Below, piece by piece: positions 33,121-43,900 of a stretch of 64,000 bases of DNA. Under the pieces are notes generated by a model. That model did no database searches, was not told the origin of the DNA, and was given only the letters and a program-made list of their open reading frames with translations. The stretch covers positions 4,480,001 to 4,544,000 of the forward strand of contig OZ001293.3 in the NCBI GenBank assembly GCA_963921275.4, given 5' to 3'. Position numbers and translations under genes: made by a program. Position 1 is the stretch's first letter, and every line of letters starts with the position of its first letter. Origin of the DNA: an uncultured Hormoscilla sp. GTDB lineage: Bacteria > Cyanobacteriota > Cyanobacteriia > Cyanobacteriales > Desertifilaceae.

Positions 33121-33993
33121 GGGTGTGTCATCAATCAAATTGCTTGACAGAAATAGATGGATACGGTATGGAGTCCTTATCCAGCAATAACAATCAAGAG
33201 GGCATGATATGAGACGCTATGGCTTGCGAGACGACCAGTGGGAACGGATCGAACACCTTTTACCTGGTAAAGAGGGTGACCCAGGCGCTACAGCCAAGAA
33301 CAATAGATTATTCGTGTTCTGCCGTGTTATATCGATATCGTGCTGGCATTCCCTGGCGGGATTTACCGGAGTGTTTTGGGGATTTTCGGGTTGTTCATAC
33401 CCGCCATACCCGTTGGTCTGAAAAGGGAGTTTGGAAGCAGGTATTCGATGTCTTGGCCTCAGACGCCGATAACGAATACGCCGCGATTGATGCCACCATC
33501 CTGCGTGCCCATCAACGAGCGTGCGGGTGCAAAAAAAAACACCCTCAGATACGTGCGAAACCCAAGCCATAGGCCGTAGTAAAGGGGGACTATCGACAAA
33601 GATTCATGCCACTTGCGATTGCCCAAGGCAATCCCACAGGATTTCATCTTACCCCTGGCCAAGCCCACGACGGGAAAGGCGCTGACGTGCTATTGGATAA
33701 AATCGGTGAGATTGGCGCGCTGCTTGCAGATAAAGCCTATGATGCGGAACAACGTGTGCTCGAGCGCCTGAAAGAGGCGGATTGGATGGCTGTCATTCCT
33801 CCAAAAAGTAACCGCACAGAACACAGAGAATACGATGAAGAAATGTACAAGTGGCGGCATCTAATTGAAAATCTATTCCAAAAACTCAAGCAATACAGGG
33901 CTCTGGCGACACGCTACGATAAAACGGCTCGCAATTTCTTGGGTGCCATCTACCTCGCGGCAGCTGTAATATGGCTTAATTGATGACACGCCC
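33121..33993 (+). mobile_element. IS5-family element (frameshifted orfA)
   Basis: TIRs GGGTGTGTCATCAAT / ATTGATGACACGCCC; TA duplication; [14 protein letters not shown] and …RALATRYDKTARNF. Confidence 0.92.
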
Positions 33994-34001
33994 TAGTTTC
34001 T

Positions 34002-35387
34002 GGTCGGGGTCGAGCTGTCCCTCGCGGGACAATCCTCCCATTCGGAACCTGAAGAGCGACTTTCACCGCACACGGCTACTGGTTGGTAAACCCTTGTCAC
34101 GGGTAGGATTACTAGGGATTACTCCCGTTGTCCCTTGCCCTATGAAATATAGCCCCTTTATGGTCAGTCATGAACTAGTTGAGTACCTAACTCCGGAAGG
34201 TTTACGGGGGAGAACTAGAAAACCACTATGACCGTTCTTTACTAACAGGTGCCCGTATGGGGCCTCTAAATTTTTTACCCGGTTAGGATTTCAGTCCATC
34301 ATTACTACCTAGTGTTGCCACTGGTTAAGCACGTTTAGAGGGCTACTATCTCCTAGAGCTTTTTACCATATCCGTCCTACGTCTGCATATCCACAGGCAT
34401 TACCCCGGGCATTAGCTTCTTAGGACCTCCCTCCCCACGCGGGCATGCGCTAGGCGCTGCGCGCACGCTACGACGCACATCTGACTTGTCCATCTGGACA
34501 GCACCGCTCTTGTCCGGAACGTTCCCTGGTATCATTTCACGAGGCTTTTAGGTCTCCCCTATACACCGGCAGTCATTTCGGGTACGATATCAGTGACTTT
34601 CACCGCACACGGCTACTGGGTAGTTGGTCCTTGTCACTGGTAGGTAACTTCGGGATTACTCCCGTTGTCCCTCGTCTCATGAGATTTGGCCCCTTGAGCT
34701 TATCCATCTCTGACAGGTTTCCCCCGAGCTGTAGGCATATTTAGGGCTACTTTTACCCAAGACTTCCAACTATCACCGACCGACGTCTGCATATCCCAGG
34801 CGTTACTCCGGGCATTTGCTTCTTAGGCCATCTTTCCCATTCGCGGCTTGCGCTTCACATCTGACTGGTCCTTTAGGACAGTACACGAAGGGTTACTTCG
34901 TTCCCTGGTCTCATTTCACGATGCCTTTAGGCCCCTACTTTTCCCCGGCAGTTATTTGGGTACAATGTTAGCCAATTCCCTAACTAACACTAACTGCATT
35001 AACTTTTGTTCCAGCGCATTAAGCCTTATTTCGCTAGTTGGGTTTAACGAGGTTTACATAGGTTCGCTTGTTCTAGCCATGGACATCATCGAGCGCGAAG
35101 TTACCGGCTTAGGCTGCCAGCTATCCTACATTTAAGTCCTCGCTCAGTACCACGGTGATGTTACTCCGCAGCGCCGAGGACCGGTGTTACCCCCGTACCT
35201 GGGGAGGGGGAATTAAACCCCCATGATTACCAGAGTTCCTAGTTTCCTAGGCCAGCGTTCCGTATATGACTACGTTAGGCTGGAACTCATCGCACGGGAA
35301 TTTAACCCTCATGGCACCAAAGTTACCTGGCACATAAGACCAGGCCCGATTTTCACCATTACTGGTTTACATCAGAACGAGTCGCAC
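34002..35387 (-). ncRNA. ORF-less group II intron I7, outer member of a twintron, internally deleted
   Basis: 5' GTGCGACTCGTTC at 35387 (92 nt before I8); 3' part ~34595-34002 with D1 end, D2-D6, and terminus GCTCGACCCCGACC. Confidence 0.85.
34595..35295 (-). ncRNA. ORF-less group II intron I8 nested in D1 of I7; lost the 3' half of D5 and D6
   Basis: Starts GTGCGATGAGTTCC; EBS1 GGGAAT pairs with the preceding ATTCCC of I7; breaks off after AGCCGTGTGCGGTGAAAGTC. Confidence 0.87.
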
Positions 35388-35550
35388 CATATGATTTACC
35401 CTGGATGGATATTCGCGCAAGCGTAAGAGTCATGATACAGAATTCTGATTACGTTTTTCCGCTAGGACATCGGTTAAGTATTATCATTGACCGGGTTTTT
35501 TGACTGACTCTCTAGGTGCTTTCGCGCCTGGGAAGCACTCTTCGTGCTTA

Positions 35551-36387
35551 CTACGAACGGGGCGATCGATCGTAACCGAGACTGATTTTACCAGGTTCTA
35601 GGTAAATTTCTGACCCTGGTGCCCCAGAAGTGGGGTTGAGGCGAACCCGCAGCTTTCCGCAAGCAGAAATTCCCGTGACCAGGCCCGGATGGCCATCTAC
35701 CAGGACTGGACGGGCCATGCTGGTGAGCAGTTGTTGGTAAGATGACAACAAATTCCCCATGGGTTGCAGTTGGGCCTGCTGGTATCCCCAGACTATTCCT
35801 TGCAAGGTCATAGCTGCTAGCTTTTCTAGGGATGTTACGAGTGGCCGTGGGTCTGAGGCCAGGAAGCTTTTGAGGTTGATACCGATTTCCGGTACAGGAT
35901 TTTCCCAGTTTATCCCCACCCCGACTACGACTTTGGTAATTTGGCCCCTCTGGACGCGGGTTTCGGTGAGTATGCCGCCCAGTTTGCGATCTTTGAGAAT
36001 AATATCATTGGGCCACTTCAGTTGCACGGGAATCCTGGGTTGGTCTGGATCTGAACTACTGGGAAGTTGGCGCCAGGTTGTGGCAATGCCCCAGGCACTG
36101 CTAATTGTTAGCAGTAGGGCATTCTGGGCGCCCATCTTGGGGGTGAGTGCTAGGGAGAGGTATAATCCACCGAGAGGCGATCGCCATTGGTGTCCGCGCT
36201 GTCCCCGACCTGCGGTTTGCTGGGCGGCGATGACGACTGTTCCTTCTGTTGCTCCTCGGTCAATTAGCTCCCACAGAACGCTGTTAGTCGAACTAACTGT
36301 ATCATAAATGTGGAGCACAAAGGGAAATGGGCATGTTGACTCTTGCTTGAGGGCGTTTTTTAAAAGATCGCGATCGATTCTCACCAT
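35551..36387 (-). CDS. birA: Biotin--[acetyl-CoA carboxylase] ligase
   Basis: SSTN, QTAGRGQRG, KWPND, KLGGIL, GVGIN. Confidence 0.95.
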   Translation of the reverse strand: MVRIDRDLLKNALKQESTCPFPFVLHIYDTVSSTNSVLWELIDRGATEGTVVIAAQQTAGRGQRGHQWRSPLGGLYLSLALTPKMGAQNALLLTISSAWGIATTWRQLPSSSDPDQPRIPVQLKWPNDIILKDRKLGGILTETRVQRGQITKVVVGVGINWENPVPEIGINLKSFLASDPRPLVTSLEKLAAMTLQGIVWGYQQAQLQPMGNLLSSYQQLLTSMARPVLVDGHPGLVTGISACGKLRVRLNPTSGAPGSEIYLEPGKISLGYDRSPRS

Positions 36388-36467
36388 TACTCACCGAAAT
36401 AATTCTGTCTTAGATTAGCATGGCGCGATCGCCTTAAATTTCTTTTCTAATGCAATAATTTTGAATT

Positions 36468-37253
36468 TTGAATTTTGAATTGCTTATGAATAGTTGGCAT
36501 TGGCAGACTGGGTCGGAATTATCTTACTTGACTTGCAGTCTTTTATCACCCTGGTCCCACGGTTTTTTTACCAGGCAGTTTTTTCCGCGTCCCCCGGTGG
36601 AGTTGGTGGAGGTGTTGCAACCTACTGCTGCTGTCTATCAGGCGAAACAGGTACATGGTAATGTGGTGGTTACGCCTGCGGAATTCATCAACCAGTCTTT
36701 ACCAGAGGCGGATGGAGTAATGACTGCAACTCACAATCAATCTGTATGGGTTTGTTCTGCTGATTGCGTTCCCGTGCTGATCGCTGATGCTCATACTGGT
36801 CAGGTGGCGGCGGTGCATGCGGGTTGGCGCGGTACTGCTGCTGAAATTATATCACGGGCGATCGCCCGTTTGCAAGCACGAGGTAGTCAATTGTCAGATT
36901 TGTGCTTTGCCATCGGGCCTGCGATCTCGGGCCCTGTCTACCAGGTTTCTGTGGAGGTTGCTGCCCAGGTGGGGGCTACGATCGCCCCTACTGGGGATGA
37001 TAATGCTATTTTAGAGTATTTGTTCGCTTTGCGCGATTCTCCTTTGTTTCCGGATCCGGAACCAGGACGGGTACGTTTGGATGTTCCCCGCGTGAATGCT
37101 ATCCAGTTGCAACAGTTGGGTGTGCAGGGGACTCAGGTGGCGATCGCCCCTCATTGCACTTACCAAGAACCCGAACATTTCTTTTCCTACCGCCGTAAAG
37201 ATATCAAAAAAGTGCAATGGTCTGGTATTGTTAGTTCGTCTAGGGGGAGATAA
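36468..37253 (+). CDS. pgeF: Peptidoglycan editing factor / purine nucleoside phosphorylase YfiH family
   Basis: HGFFTR, QVHG, SADCVPVL, HAGWRG, FFSYRR; start may be 36486. Confidence 0.9.
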   Translation: MNFELLMNSWHWQTGSELSYLTCSLLSPWSHGFFTRQFFPRPPVELVEVLQPTAAVYQAKQVHGNVVVTPAEFINQSLPEADGVMTATHNQSVWVCSADCVPVLIADAHTGQVAAVHAGWRGTAAEIISRAIARLQARGSQLSDLCFAIGPAISGPVYQVSVEVAAQVGATIAPTGDDNAILEYLFALRDSPLFPDPEPGRVRLDVPRVNAIQLQQLGVQGTQVAIAPHCTYQEPEHFFSYRRKDIKKVQWSGIVSSSRGR

Positions 37254-37262
37254 TCGCTCTTC

Positions 37263-38900
37263 GTGATTACTACGAACGCTTATAGGAATGCCTTGACTCT
37301 GGCAATTGTGAAAATCGGGGGTTCTTTGATTACCGATAAGTCTCAACCTTTTACTTTGCACGATCGCAATTTATCTACGATTATTACCGAAATTGCTGCT
37401 ATTAAACAATTTCAACCTGACTTGCGATTGATTCTTATCAACGGTAATGGCTCTTTTGGACATGCTACCGCCCAAAAGTTTAGTACCGATCGTGGTTTTG
37501 CTGACGCAACAGTATCACTTGACATGCGATCTAATATAATAATATAACTCAAGTTGCTACCTATTAAAAAAAAATGGATTACCCACTTAGAGATTTCCGA
37601 TATTTTTGGTAGGATACAGAAATATATTATTTTTATGCTATCAGTAGCCATCCCTGTTTATAGGTTATAATGTACTAAAATAACAGTTGATTGCGGTAGA
37701 TTATGGAAAATATGATTATAACAATTTTTGTTCTTGGCGATGAACTGCTAAAAGCACTCAATATCAAAGAAGATCCACAAGTAAAAATGAATAATGCGGA
37801 GGTGATGACAGTAGGATTAGTTGCTGCTTATTTTTTGGGAGGGCGATAGAGATCGTCAATTTATGGCAGAACATAACTAGATCAAAAATCTGTTAAGTAA
37901 AAGTAGGTTTAATCGTCGAAAACATAAGATTGATGAAACAATTGTATGGGAGTTTATTTCAAGCAATGGCTCAATCGTTCGCTAAATCCGGGGCAAGAAT
38001 ATATTATCGATAGTTTCCCTGTGCCAGGATGTGACAACATTAGGATCGATAGATGTAAAATTTATACAGAAGAAGAATATAGAGGATATATCGCCAGCAA
38101 AAAACGTTATTTTTATGGATTGAGAGTTCATATGTTAGTCAACAAAACTGGTAAACCAATAGAATTTTATTTTGCTCCTGGTAGTTGTAATGATGCGAAA
38201 AAATTGCTTTGCCATCAAAGGTTTATGGGGACAAAATTTATAACAATTATCAATTAGAAGATTTACTAAAAAAGTCAATGAATATAATGTTCAAACATTT
38301 GCGTAAAAAGAACGCGGGTTCAATATGTACAGAACGTAACTAGAAAACAAGTAGAAACATGCTTTAGTTGAATAACTAATTTGTTTCCTAAGTCCTGCTG
38401 TTACATCCAAAGGGTTCGAGTTAAAATTAATTCTATTTATCATAGCTTTTTGTGTTCAATTTTTATAGGTCGCAACTTAAGTTAATATATTATATCGCGC
38501 ATGTCAAGTGATACTGCGGGGTTCTGTTGCTTGCAAAAAGATACCGCCCAACTAAATCCCTTGCTGGTCGATCGCCTCAGCAAGCATTCCTGCTATTAGT
38601 TTTACTCCCGGAAATGTTTTTTGGACAGACGATAGCCAAGATTTTTATGGTAACATAGAAATCTTATAACATTGCTTGGTGCGAAATTTTGTCCAGGTTT
38701 TATATGTGGAGGCAATTATCGACTTGAAGTTAAACGGTACGACCATTTCTTCTGACGTTATCTTGCAGTTACTGGCAGCATATTTTGCTAACTATCCTGA
38801 TTTCACTATGCACAAGTTAGTCAATGCTGGCAAGGGGGGGTTTTAGATGATAAAGGACAAGTAATTCCGCAAATTACCGATTTTTCCGGAACGGTGGAAA
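37263..38900 (+). pseudogene. Amino-acid-kinase family protein (isopentenyl phosphate kinase-like), disrupted
   Basis: IVKIGGSLITDKSQP and LILINGNGSFGH N-terminus; degraded continuation after 38516. Confidence 0.65.
37547..38482 (+). mobile_element. Old, degenerate IS982-family element, copy 3
   Basis: TIR-like ends, TSD TAATATA, multiply frameshifted transposase homologous to copy 4. Confidence 0.85.
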
Positions 38901-39628
38901 ACTTTGCCCAAGTGCAAGGATATTTGTACAACCTACATTCCCCACGGATAAATATCGACGATAGCTTGACAAACAGCTTGTGATTTTACAAATTATTATA
39001 CAACCGATCCCTATAAATAGATATACGTCCTGTTTACTAAATTGTCAGAAGTCAGTACGGATTACAAAAGTAATATAATAGTAATCTAAGTGATAAATTA
39101 CGTATTACTTAGTATGTTACAAATTGTCGTGCGTAAAGTGGGGTACTTGACATTGGCAGATATTTCTGGCGGGATGGCAAAATGTGGGAGTTCTTAAAAT
39201 TGGCAAGGTTAAAGCAGCAAACGATCGTTATCGATAGGTCCATACCCGGGAATTTGCAGAATGTTTTTCGGAATGAAGAGTTTGTGGGGACTGTGTGCGA
39301 CAAAGGGTACGGCGAGTAGCACGGAGTACATCGGTGTTGTGAAGAGGCGATCGCTCTTCCGGGTTAGGCGATCGCCTAACCCGTATGGGGACGGACCTCT
39401 GGAGAGAAGTCACCCATCTAATTTCAAGCGCATTGACAAACCCAAGCACTAATCTTGATTTTCTCTTGATAATTTCTCGTTAATCGCGGTTGGCGGTATC
39501 GAAAAAATTTGACCCCAAGAGCCCCTGACGATCGGGGTCCTAAGGGAAGATGCAACTTTTTCTTAAGTCTATCGCATCCTTGATAAAACAGTATTAGTAG
39601 TCAGAATAACTGACAACTGACTGACCAT

Positions 39629-41912
39629 TCAACCCTTGTGGAACTCATAGACACCCAAAATTGAGTGAGCAGCCCCCAATCCTTGTTGGAGGTTCCACTC
39701 TAGATCCCTTAGTAAAAAGGCCAGTTGGGGTTCGATTAAATTGGATCGCGGGTCATCGAGGTGGAATGCTGGTGCTTGTTGCACCCCATGGCGAATCCCG
39801 CGAATGGCTTGCTGCACGACTGGTCGATAACTAACCGGGGGTTCTGCCACTAACTTTGGGGGGTTCCGCCACTCAGCCAGGGCATCCATGCAAGCATAAA
39901 CCAAGGAATTCCAGGCATCTTGCAGGGTGTAGAAAAATCGGTTCAAGTGTAGCGTAGTCCCATGAGGTTTGTACTCGAAAATTAGCTGAGACAAGTCCGT
40001 GCGGCAATTAGTTTCGTGCAAAGAGTTGACCGCAGCGCGGATGGGAGGCGCGTCGGGATTGTATTCGCGAGTATCCATATGACGACCGACCAAAATGGAG
40101 CGATCGCACAGCCGTCGGCGGTAAACCTTCACCCCTTTGCTAGCAACTGTCTTGTTCACGAACCGGTCCAACTCTTCGCCACCCCAGTAGCGAATGGGAA
40201 ACCGCTCCACCTCAATCTCCTTACTAACGTTGGGACCATAGATATAAGACATCGAGTACATTTTTTGGGTTGACTCATTTTCCTGGGAGTTCTCCCAGTA
40301 GCAGGGCCATTCATAGGAATAGCGACCGAGGAAATCACCGACAAAAATTGCTCTTTCCCCCATATGGTCGCAAATATCGGACAGAACTTTAGCCAAGTTG
40401 GGGTCATTCAGGTGGGATAACGACGCATAAGAGGAAAAGTAGACGTCGTAAGCGAATTCTCCCGCTGGCAGTTGAAGTCCCTCATTGAGATCGGTCACCG
40501 CAAACTCAGCTTGGGGGTGGTTGCGGTGGAGATCTTTTGCCTTGTCAATCATCGCTGGACTGATATCCAAGCCTTTGTAACAACTAACCTAAGTTGCGAC
40601 CTATTAAAAAAAATATGAATTACCCACTTAGACTTTACAGATATTTGGGATATTTCGTAGCTTTTGATACAAAATTATATTTTTTTTGTGCTATACGGCG
40701 GGTTGGCTGTTTATAGGTTATAATGTACTAAAATAATAGTTAATTGCTGGGGGATGTAGATGATGGAAGATATGATTACAACAATTTTTGTTCTTTGTGA
40801 CGAGCTACTAAAAGCGTTAAATATAAAAGAAGATCCACAAGTAAAAATGAACAATGCCGAAGTGATGACAGTCGGATTAGTTGCTGCATATTTTTTCGGA
40901 GGACACCACGATCACTCTTGTCAATTTATGGTCCAACACAAGTATATAAAAAATCTGTTAAGTAAAAGTAGGTTCAATCGTCGATTACACAATATTGAGG
41001 AACCAATTTGGATGTTTTTCTTCCAAGTTATAGCTCAAACATTTAAAGAGCTCAATCCGGGTCAAGAATATATTCTTGATAGTTTCCCGGTGCCAGTATG
41101 TGATAATATTAGGATTGATAGATGCCAAATTTATAACAAGGAAGAATATCGAGGGTATATTGCCAGTAAAAAACGTTATTTTTATGGATTAAGAGTTCAT
41201 ATGTTGGTAAACAAAAATGGAAAGCCAATAGAATTTTATCTAGATCCTGGTAGTTATAATGATGTTAAAGTTTTGCAATCTTTTGGCTTTGACTTACCAT
41301 CAAATTTAATAGTTTATGGAGATAAAGCTTATAATGATTATCAATTAGAGGATTTACTAAAAGAGTCGTCAAGTATAATGTTAAAACCTTTGCGAAAAAA
41401 GAACTCAAAAAGAAAAGAATATTCTTGTTTTGAATATATACAAAAAGTAACAAGAAAACAAGTTGAAACCTGTTTTAGTCGAATCACAAATTTGTTTCCC
41501 AAGTCAATTCATGCTGTTACATCTAAGGGATTAGAGTTAAAAATAATTCTCTTTATCATAGCTTTTTGTATCCAATTTTTATAGGTCGCAACTTGAGTTA
41601 ACAACTAATGTCTTGATAGTCCAGTACCTTCTCAATTTTGGTATCCAATGTAGCCTGGGTTTGAGGCAAGCTCGTAAGGATATTCAGACCTTCACCAGCA
41701 CCGCATCCGAGATCCAGCACGCGAATGCCAGTACCGGACTGTCGCTTGCTGGCAACCAAGGGACTGATAAAATGGCCGATCAAATTACGGCTAAAGCGAT
41801 CTTCCCAATGCCGCCTGACATTATCATGCTTCCCGAATAGACCAGCTGAATGCAGATCGTAGGCTCCAATAGCCACTGCCTTAGCGTAGTTTTTGAGAAC
41901 CTCTTGTTTCAT
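39629..41912 (-). pseudogene. Class I SAM-dependent methyltransferase interrupted by IS982
   Basis: VLDLGCGAGEG in the 5' part; GLDISPAMIDKA in the 3' part; junction at TSD TAACAACTA. Confidence 0.85.
40587..41598 (+). mobile_element. IS982-family element, copy 4, with intact 274-aa transposase (40760-41584)
   Basis: TIRs; 9-bp TSD TAACAACTA; DDE motifs ILDSFPV, YGDKAY, RKQVETCFS. Confidence 0.95.
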
Positions 41913-42294
41913 ATAGGGGGGGCCTTTATTGTTAATGTCTAACAGACCCAATATACTTGAATTGCTGGGAGCTACACAAGCATCCACCTACGGGTGTGGT
42001 CATGCCTTTGTCGATCGCTCAGACTCCACCAATAACCTGGTTTCGCAGGAGAAACCAGATTTCTGGTCCCACGCGACTACCTCCTCTACCAACTGGTGCA
42101 AGACCGCACCCTCCACCCACGTGCAAGGGTTTCTTAACGCGCTCATCTAGAATTGCTGTTGTCAATAACAAACCATAAAGCATAGTTATTATGCTAAAAC
42201 CCCTGCTTATTGACAATAGGCGCTTACCCTGGAATTCAATGACATATCTAGTTGCATTCTTATCTAACTATCCACCCGTTCACGTTCAATACAT

Positions 42295-43563
42295 CTAGCA
42301 AAAGTCTACCACTTCTGCCGGTCCCACTAAGGATATATAAGGGGCTGTAAAATACCGATTAGCCACTGCTTGGGCCGCTTCAGACGTTACACTAGCAATA
42401 TCTTCCTGAAACTGAATGTCAAATTCCACCCCTAGCCCCATAGTTTCGTACCAACCGAGAACTTGGGCGATCTGGGAATTTGTCTGTTTCCCTAAAGCGT
42501 ACTGTCCTAGCAGCTTGTTCTTGCAAGCTTGCAATTCCTTTGGAGTCAGTTCCACATTCCGTAGACGTTCCACTTCCGATTGTAAACTTCCCAGCGCGAT
42601 CGCGGTATTTCTCGGTGCCGTGCCCATATAAACCACAAAATTAGCAGTTTCCTGGCGGGTGGGGTACATAACCGAAACATCGTAAGCTAATCCTCGTTTT
42701 TCCCGCAATTCTACAAATAAGCGGCTCGAAAGTCCATTTCCCAAGTAGGTATTCAGCAATTTCAGGTGGGCGTAGTCCTGACTGTGAACTGAAGCTGCTA
42801 AATAGCCTATCATAATCACGGATTGTTGAGTTTCTTGAGCCGTAACGATCTGGTGAGGTTCTCCAGTAATAGCAATCTGAGTGGCCTCCGGTATGGACAT
42901 GTCCGGTGCCTGCCAATCTCCAAAGACATCTTTTACTAGGGCGATCGCATCATTTGGTGAGATTCGTCCTGAGATACTAATTACCATATTATCTGGGCGG
43001 AAGTAGGTAGAGTGAAACTCTTGCAGATCCTGGCGCTTCATGCTGCATACGCTTTCTTCCGTTCCCAGTGGTGACCTGCCATAGGGATGCTGCTGGTACA
43101 TCGCTTCCCGCAGGGCCTTAAAGGCCACAGCAAAGGGTTGTTCTTGCTGAGAACGAATCCCTTGCATGGTGATGCGTTTCTCCAGTTCCACTTCTGCTTC
43201 CGGAAAACTCGGCGATCGCAATATTTCCCCTACCAACGCCAAAATCTCCGCAAAATCTGCCGATACCGTCTGAAGACTCACCAAAAAATAATCTGCTGCG
43301 GCATCTGCCCCCACACTCGCACCCACCGATTCTACCTTTTCGGCAATTTCCAGGGAAGATAACTTAGGAGTACCCTTAGTCAGTCCTGACGATACCAAAT
43401 GTGCTAGTCCTGCTTTTCCTTCCTTGCCACTGCCCGCTCGTAGGAAAATCCGACTAGCAATGATATCAGCAGCTGGGTTTTCCACTACTAATATTACTAG
43501 GCCATTCTCCAGAACTGTACGATGAGTTTGGTAGCTTTGACGCCGCTTCACATTTAATTTCAC
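42295..43563 (-). CDS. M16 family peptidase-like subunit lacking HXXEH
   Basis: GLAHLVSSGLTKGT, SSRLFVELREKRGLAY; paired with the catalytic subunit upstream. Confidence 0.9.
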   Translation of the reverse strand: MKLNVKRRQSYQTHRTVLENGLVILVVENPAADIIASRIFLRAGSGKEGKAGLAHLVSSGLTKGTPKLSSLEIAEKVESVGASVGADAAADYFLVSLQTVSADFAEILALVGEILRSPSFPEAEVELEKRITMQGIRSQQEQPFAVAFKALREAMYQQHPYGRSPLGTEESVCSMKRQDLQEFHSTYFRPDNMVISISGRISPNDAIALVKDVFGDWQAPDMSIPEATQIAITGEPHQIVTAQETQQSVIMIGYLAASVHSQDYAHLKLLNTYLGNGLSSRLFVELREKRGLAYDVSVMYPTRQETANFVVYMGTAPRNTAIALGSLQSEVERLRNVELTPKELQACKNKLLGQYALGKQTNSQIAQVLGWYETMGLGVEFDIQFQEDIASVTSEAAQAVANRYFTAPYISLVGPAEVVDFC

Positions 43564-43680
43564 ACAATCTTCCTTAATACTTTATAGCAACTCTATGAGT
43601 TTCCCAAGGAAACCCAACAGTCGAGCATGTTCAGATACTTATCTCTGTATTTTTTATTTAACAGTCTAATTACCTGTCGG

Positions 43681-43890
43681 ACAGGCGAGACGCCCCTCCT
43701 ACGGGAACTCCCACAGGCGAGACGCCCCTCCTACGGGAACTCCCACAGGCGAGACGCCCCTCCTACGGGAACTCCCACAGGCGAGACGCCCCTCCTACGG
43801 GAACTCCCACAGGCGAGACCCCTCCTACGTCTCCGACAGGCGAGACGCCCCTCCTACGCTGACTCCCACAGGCGAGACGCCCCTCCTACG
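43681..43890. repeat. 32-bp tandem repeat, about 6-7 copies
   Basis: Unit ACAGGCGAGACGCCCCTCCTACGGGAACTCCC; no spacers. Confidence 0.9.
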
Positions 43891-43900
43891 CTTGACTATT

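Noticed and set aside
24449..35426. Short ORFs overlapping intron copies (24449, 24640, 24968, 31461, 32994, 33980, 34848, 35223; also 55594-56153)
   Set aside because: They lie within ribozyme domains, are not conserved in frame between copies and show no RT/maturase motifs.
43681..43890. Possible CRISPR array
   Set aside because: Units are head-to-tail with no unique spacers, and no cas genes are in the window.
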